Shown here: in pieces, positions 59,956 to 64,000 of the stretch | Numbering within the stretch: the first letter of the stretch is position 1 | Layout of the letters: each line of letters opens with the position of its first letter | NCBI GenBank assembly: GCA_002737705.1 | Contig: NSIM01000006.1 | Coordinates: 11,002-75,001, forward strand | DNA from: Flavobacteriales bacterium | Lineage (GTDB): Bacteria; Bacteroidota; Bacteroidia; NS11-12g; UBA955 | DNA: 64,000 bases | Reading direction: 5' to 3' | Translations under genes and position numbers: made by a program | The notes under the pieces: model-generated | Databases searched by the model: none | What the model was told of the DNA's origin: nothing | Seen by the model: the letters and a program-made list of their open reading frames with translations, nothing else

Positions 59956-61113
59956 TTAAACATTCCAAGATTTCCAATAATCGGGATCTTCCATATCCAG
60001 CGCATCTTGCGTAATCATTAATGGATGAAATGGATCTATCATGACAGACAATTCGTTGGTTTCTTTTGCATTGATGCTTTTTTCCACGGTTCCAGGATGA
60101 GGACCATGAGGAATACCCTTGGGGTGTAAGCTAATCATTCCCCTCTCAACATGATTTCGACTCATAAAATTGCCTTCCACATAATAGAGTACTTCATCAC
60201 TGTCTATATTGCTGTGATTATAGGGCGCTGGAATCGACAATGGATGATAATCGTACATCCTTGGAACAAAGCTGCAGATTACAAAGTTGCGACCTTCGAA
60301 TGTTTGATGCGTTGGCGGTGGCATATGAAGTCGGCCTGTTATGGGTTCAAAATTGTGAATACTAAAAGCATACGGGTATAAATATCCATCCCAACCGATT
60401 GCGTCAAATGGATGTGTTCCGTATGTATAGGGCCAAATCATACCTTGTTTTTTAATCAGAACTTTAAATTCTCCTTTTTCGTCGTGTGTTTCAAGATTTT
60501 GTGGCAATTGTATATCGCGTTCACAATACGGAGAATGTTCCATGAGCTGGCCAAGCTTGTTTTGGTAGCGTTTTGGGGGATATATGGGTGATGGAGACTC
60601 AATAAAAAAGAGTTTGTTTCCCTCATCTGAAAATTGTAATTGGTAAATTGTGCCCCTTGGAATGACCAAATAATCACCGTATTCAAAAGGGATTTGACCA
60701 TAAATCGTTTTGAGTACGCCACTTCCTTCGTGAATAAAAAGCACTTCGTCTGCATCGGAGTTTTTATAAAAATACCCATTGAAACTTTTTGTTGGAGCGG
60801 CTGTACCCAATTGGACATCAGCATTCATTAACAAAACCTTTCTACTGTTGATATAATCTGCTTCGGGCTTGGTTTTGAATGTGAGAAAACTGCGGTGTTG
60901 CATATTTTTTTTCAATGCAATCTTTGGCTCCACGCTCCAGGGCTCACCAATATGCGTGACGATTGTGGGCGGATTGCAGTGGTAAACAAGGGAATATATA
61001 CTGCTAAATCCCTCTGTACTCACCAATTCCTCTGAATACAATGAACCATCAGATTTGCGGAACTGGGTATGTCGTTTGGCCGGAATTTTTCCCGACTTAT
61101 GATAAAATGGCAT
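59956..61113 (-). CDS. hmgA: homogentisate 1,2-dioxygenase
   Basis: 385 aa. The N-terminus MPFYHKSGKIPAKRHTQFRKSDGSLYSEELVSTEGFSSIYSLVYHCNPPT and the cupin-type His/Glu metal ligands in the C-terminal half are typical of HmgA. Confidence 0.75.
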   Translation of the reverse strand: MPFYHKSGKIPAKRHTQFRKSDGSLYSEELVSTEGFSSIYSLVYHCNPPTIVTHIGEPWSVEPKIALKKNMQHRSFLTFKTKPEADYINSRKVLLMNADVQLGTAAPTKSFNGYFYKNSDADEVLFIHEGSGVLKTIYGQIPFEYGDYLVIPRGTIYQLQFSDEGNKLFFIESPSPIYPPKRYQNKLGQLMEHSPYCERDIQLPQNLETHDEKGEFKVLIKKQGMIWPYTYGTHPFDAIGWDGYLYPYAFSIHNFEPITGRLHMPPPTHQTFEGRNFVICSFVPRMYDYHPLSIPAPYNHSNIDSDEVLYYVEGNFMSRNHVERGMISLHPKGIPHGPHPGTVEKSINAKETNELSVMIDPFHPLMITQDALDMEDPDYWKSWNV

Positions 61114-61254
61114 GGTGTTTTTACAATTGCGAAACTAATCAATTGTATTGGTTTGATAAATGAGAAACAGCACAAACTTTCAAAATTCCCTGGTTTGAGG
61201 CCAATAGTTATATTTGAAATGTAGTATTAAGGAAAAATTTCATATTTTTGAATT

Positions 61255-62178
61255 GTGTGGATGAAGAGAAATTTGTTATTTATCATTGCTCCTACCCTAT
61301 TATTTATGGCGTCGTGCACCCAAGAAGAAACCATTTTTATTGATGACAACAAAGCGCCCAATTACAAAAATGTTTCAACCCTGCGCATTGAAAATTATGT
61401 GCAGCGTATTTTTATTGATTTATTGGGCCGAGATGCTACAGATATAGAACGAATATCCTTTACCAAACAATTGAAAATTGCTGAATTGCACGATTCTTGT
61501 AGGCGAAATATTATTCATTTTCTCCTATTCGATACACTTTATCGTGTTGGAGATTCTTCTTATAGACATGCTTTTTCCCAGCGAATTTATGATATCACCA
61601 AAGCCCGTTACATCGAAGGAGCGGAAGATGGTGTTTTTTGGCAAAGCATTGGCAATCTTGGTTTTGGAATAAAGGTTGCTCGTCTTGAAGGAGATTCTGT
61701 AAAGGTCCATGAATATATAGACCAACAAAAGATGTATAGCAATGTGCTTTCGAGTAAAATGCGATTTAGAAAAAATCTTATCGATTATAGACAAATGAGC
61801 TCTGTAATGATTAATAATCCCATTTACAATGTCATCAACATGAATAGCTTTAATTTTGTGAATGCTGCCTATGACGATGCATTGATGCGCAAGCCCAGTG
61901 ATGATGAATTCAAAAGGGCCTATAATATTATAGAACAGAATGTTCCCAGCCACATTTTTGGCAAATGGGCATCCAATAAGAATGAATTTTGTACTGCATT
62001 GACAGAATCAGACGCCTTTCACGAAGCTCAAATACGGTGGCTGTATTTTGTCATGGTTCAGCGAGAGCCCAGTAACCAAGAGGTTATTCGCTTATTTAAA
62101 CCCTATTTTACCGATCACAAAATTGAATCTATCATTGAAGAAATTTTATCTACCGACGAATATGCACAATTCCATTAA
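61255..62178 (+). CDS. lipoprotein with L-x-G/R-R-x-P-T/S-x-x-E-type motifs (DUF1549/DUF1800-like flavour), function unknown
   Basis: Lipobox LLFMASC. Motifs RIFIDLLGRDATDIERISF and ALMRKPSDDEFKRAY. Confidence 0.5.
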   Translation: MWMKRNLLFIIAPTLLFMASCTQEETIFIDDNKAPNYKNVSTLRIENYVQRIFIDLLGRDATDIERISFTKQLKIAELHDSCRRNIIHFLLFDTLYRVGDSSYRHAFSQRIYDITKARYIEGAEDGVFWQSIGNLGFGIKVARLEGDSVKVHEYIDQQKMYSNVLSSKMRFRKNLIDYRQMSSVMINNPIYNVINMNSFNFVNAAYDDALMRKPSDDEFKRAYNIIEQNVPSHIFGKWASNKNEFCTALTESDAFHEAQIRWLYFVMVQREPSNQEVIRLFKPYFTDHKIESIIEEILSTDEYAQFH

Positions 62179-62659
62179 ACAATTTGCCCTGTTCGTATTG
62201 CTTACAAGCGCCCTGCTCGGTGCTTGTAAAAAAGAGCAAACCATTGTGTTTGGGGTAAATAATATGGGTATATCTGAAGACAAAAGCAACAAAACCAAGA
62301 AAAAGAATGGTGCAGAATACATTTCTATTTTGTATACCAATTTATACCAAAAGGCCATCTCCCCCAACCAATTATACAAAACCCAAAACGTACTGTATTC
62401 GATTGGCGACCAAGATGTGGCCAACGAAATGTTATTGAGTAATTATTTCAATACCGGAAGCATCATAATGCCAAGTAATGCAATCATGCGCAGCGATATC
62501 GATGCATTTGTAGTGAATACATTCAAACGTTTCTACCTCAGATACCCAAGCGAGGGCGAAAAAGCCTTTTTAAAGCAGTATATAAGCAAAAGCAATGCGG
62601 TCAGTGTAGAGATGGTTTATACTGCATTCGCTACAAGTAAAGAATATCAATACTATTAA
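62162..62659 (+). CDS. second small lipoprotein with a related motif, function unknown
   Basis: The ATG giving MHNSIKQFALFVLLTSALLGAC (lipobox) overlaps the previous gene by 17 nt. Motif FYLRYPSEGEKAFLKQY. The track ORF begins further upstream, at 62048. Confidence 0.45.
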   Translation: MHNSIKQFALFVLLTSALLGACKKEQTIVFGVNNMGISEDKSNKTKKKNGAEYISILYTNLYQKAISPNQLYKTQNVLYSIGDQDVANEMLLSNYFNTGSIIMPSNAIMRSDIDAFVVNTFKRFYLRYPSEGEKAFLKQYISKSNAVSVEMVYTAFATSKEYQYY

Positions 62660-62666
62660 CCCATTT

Positions 62667-64000
62667 ATGAACCGAAAAAAATTCATTCAAAAAAGTTCTT
62701 TGGCATTGGGCGGTAGCATTGTTGCTCCATATTTGTTGCCTTCTGGCAGATTGTTTGCAAAAACTGGTAGCGTCAAAGCCGACCACGTTGTATTGGTTAT
62801 GTTTGCAGGTGGTGTTCGTCAACAAGAAAGTATATTGGGTCGGTATTTGGAAGACAGTCAAGGGGTTTTGGGTGCTGCCGGCAATATTATGCCAAATTTG
62901 TTTGAAGGGAACGCCCCTACAAAAAAAATTGTGTATGGAACATCCATTGCTGGGTTGCCGAATGGATCAGAGCCGATTCCAAAATTACTCACCCAGAGTA
63001 TGGAAAACAGTGGTGTTTTATTTCCAGAGCTAAGGGCCTTGAGTGCCGGGCATTATGTTGGATTAAGCACGCTGCTAACGGGGAATACCGGTACGGCTCA
63101 AGGATTAAGGGTTAGGCCTAGATATCCCACAATATTTGAATATCTGCGCAAACATGCTGGATTCAAGGCTACGGATACCTGGTTCATTGGAAATGGAATT
63201 GGGAATTCTACCCCATTGCTGAATTCAAGCAATCACCCCGATTATGGCTTGCAGTATGGTGCCAATATGTTTGCTGCTCCCGTAACCTTTTCGGCTTCAG
63301 GGAGAGAGGTTTTGGGAAATTCCAAGACCTATACCCGTGCCGATTTGGAACCCATGTACTATATCAAAAATTTTTTAGACAATTCCTTTTCCCTTTCTAA
63401 AGACCAAATTGCCAGTGTCAGCAATACCGATGAAGAACGTACCCAAATCAAAGATTTTATTAAAAGTGTTTTTGCTAAACAACAAGCAGGACAGTTGGCA
63501 ATGCCCCCTGTTTTAGACAATGGCGACGCAATTAATGTAATGTATGCCGCAGAAGTACTGCGCGAATTCAAACCCAAAATATTGGCTGTGAATATCTCAA
63601 GTGTAGACGGTTGCCACAGCAATTTTACAGGCTATTTGCAAAGCCTTCACAGGGCAGACCATATCACAGGATGGCTATGGCAACACATTCAAAACAATAT
63701 CCCAGAGATGAGTGGCAATACCATCATGATTGTAGCGCCAGAATGTGGCCGAAATGAAAAGCCAAATCCAATTTTAGACCAAAACGATTGGCTTGCCTTT
63801 GATCACAGCGACAAAAATGCCTTGCGTGTTTGGAGTCTCATGCTTGGAAAAGGGGTATATCGCCAACGTGTGGGCAGTGAAGCCAAACCCATTGGAAGAT
63901 TAACCGATATTGCCCCAACCATTGCCGACATTTTCGGGGTGTTGGACCCAGTTATGCAATCTGGTTTGTTAGACCCATTGGCAAAAAGCCAGTTTTTACA
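62667..64000 (+). CDS. DUF1501-like (sulfatase/alkaline-phosphatase-fold) protein; partial, continuing beyond the window end
   Basis: I translated it myself. The frame is open to the window end and is absent from the track because it is truncated. The N-terminal Tat-like/signal segment MNRKKFIQKSSLALGGSIVAPYLL, the motifs DHVVLVMFAGGVRQQE and …AFDHSDKNALRVWSLMLGKG, resemble DUF1501. Confidence 0.5.
   Translation, partial: MNRKKFIQKSSLALGGSIVAPYLLPSGRLFAKTGSVKADHVVLVMFAGGVRQQESILGRYLEDSQGVLGAAGNIMPNLFEGNAPTKKIVYGTSIAGLPNGSEPIPKLLTQSMENSGVLFPELRALSAGHYVGLSTLLTGNTGTAQGLRVRPRYPTIFEYLRKHAGFKATDTWFIGNGIGNSTPLLNSSNHPDYGLQYGANMFAAPVTFSASGREVLGNSKTYTRADLEPMYYIKNFLDNSFSLSKDQIASVSNTDEERTQIKDFIKSVFAKQQAGQLAMPPVLDNGDAINVMYAAEVLREFKPKILAVNISSVDGCHSNFTGYLQSLHRADHITGWLWQHIQNNIPEMSGNTIMIVAPECGRNEKPNPILDQNDWLAFDHSDKNALRVWSLMLGKGVYRQRVGSEAKPIGRLTDIAPTIADIFGVLDPVMQSGLLDPLAKSQFL

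Noticed and set aside
1-64000. CRISPR arrays, prophage, integrases, toxin-antitoxin or defence-system genes
   Set aside because: No spaced direct repeats, recombinase/integrase, or defence-associated domain signatures were seen in any frame. The window is dominated by core metabolic and cell-envelope genes.

Overview
This 64 kb window appears to come from a Bacteroidota chromosome (roughly 40% GC). The phylum call rests on two T9SS C-terminal sorting domains, a TonB-dependent receptor with a DUF4249 partner, an ACIII respiratory operon, TAnnTTTG-type promoter motifs and no Shine-Dalgarno usage. Most of the window is housekeeping. It contains rpsA with N- and C-terminal extensions, the complete alternative complex III operon actABCDEF, valS, the cell-shape cluster mreB-mreC-mreD-mrdA-rodA, ornithine aminotransferase and a tRNA-Leu(TAA). 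It also contains a glsB/glsA-like N-acyl amino acid lipid gene pair, a phosphohexomutase, an acyl-CoA dehydrogenase, folB, uvrA, an M16 peptidase, gyrA followed by a TPR gene, and hmgA. Accessory-looking content includes a CRTAC1/ASPIC-type FG-GAP giant protein, a PAP2/vanadium-haloperoxidase-like lipoprotein, and a 1034-aa Omp85-family barrel with an atypical N-terminal region. There are two T9SS cargo proteins: an S8 protease and a PKD protein with an N-terminal CXXCH-containing domain. An internally deleted IS3-family OrfA relic sits in a 470-bp intergenic gap. At the right edge, two LxRxPxxxE-motif lipoproteins are followed by a DUF1501-like protein. I found no CRISPR array, intact mobile element or recognisable defence system. 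The most unusual items are the Omp85-like protein, the six-motif (CXXCH) ActA with a fused N-terminal monoheme domain, the IS relic, a 48-aa basic small ORF, and the DUF1501-associated lipoprotein pair.
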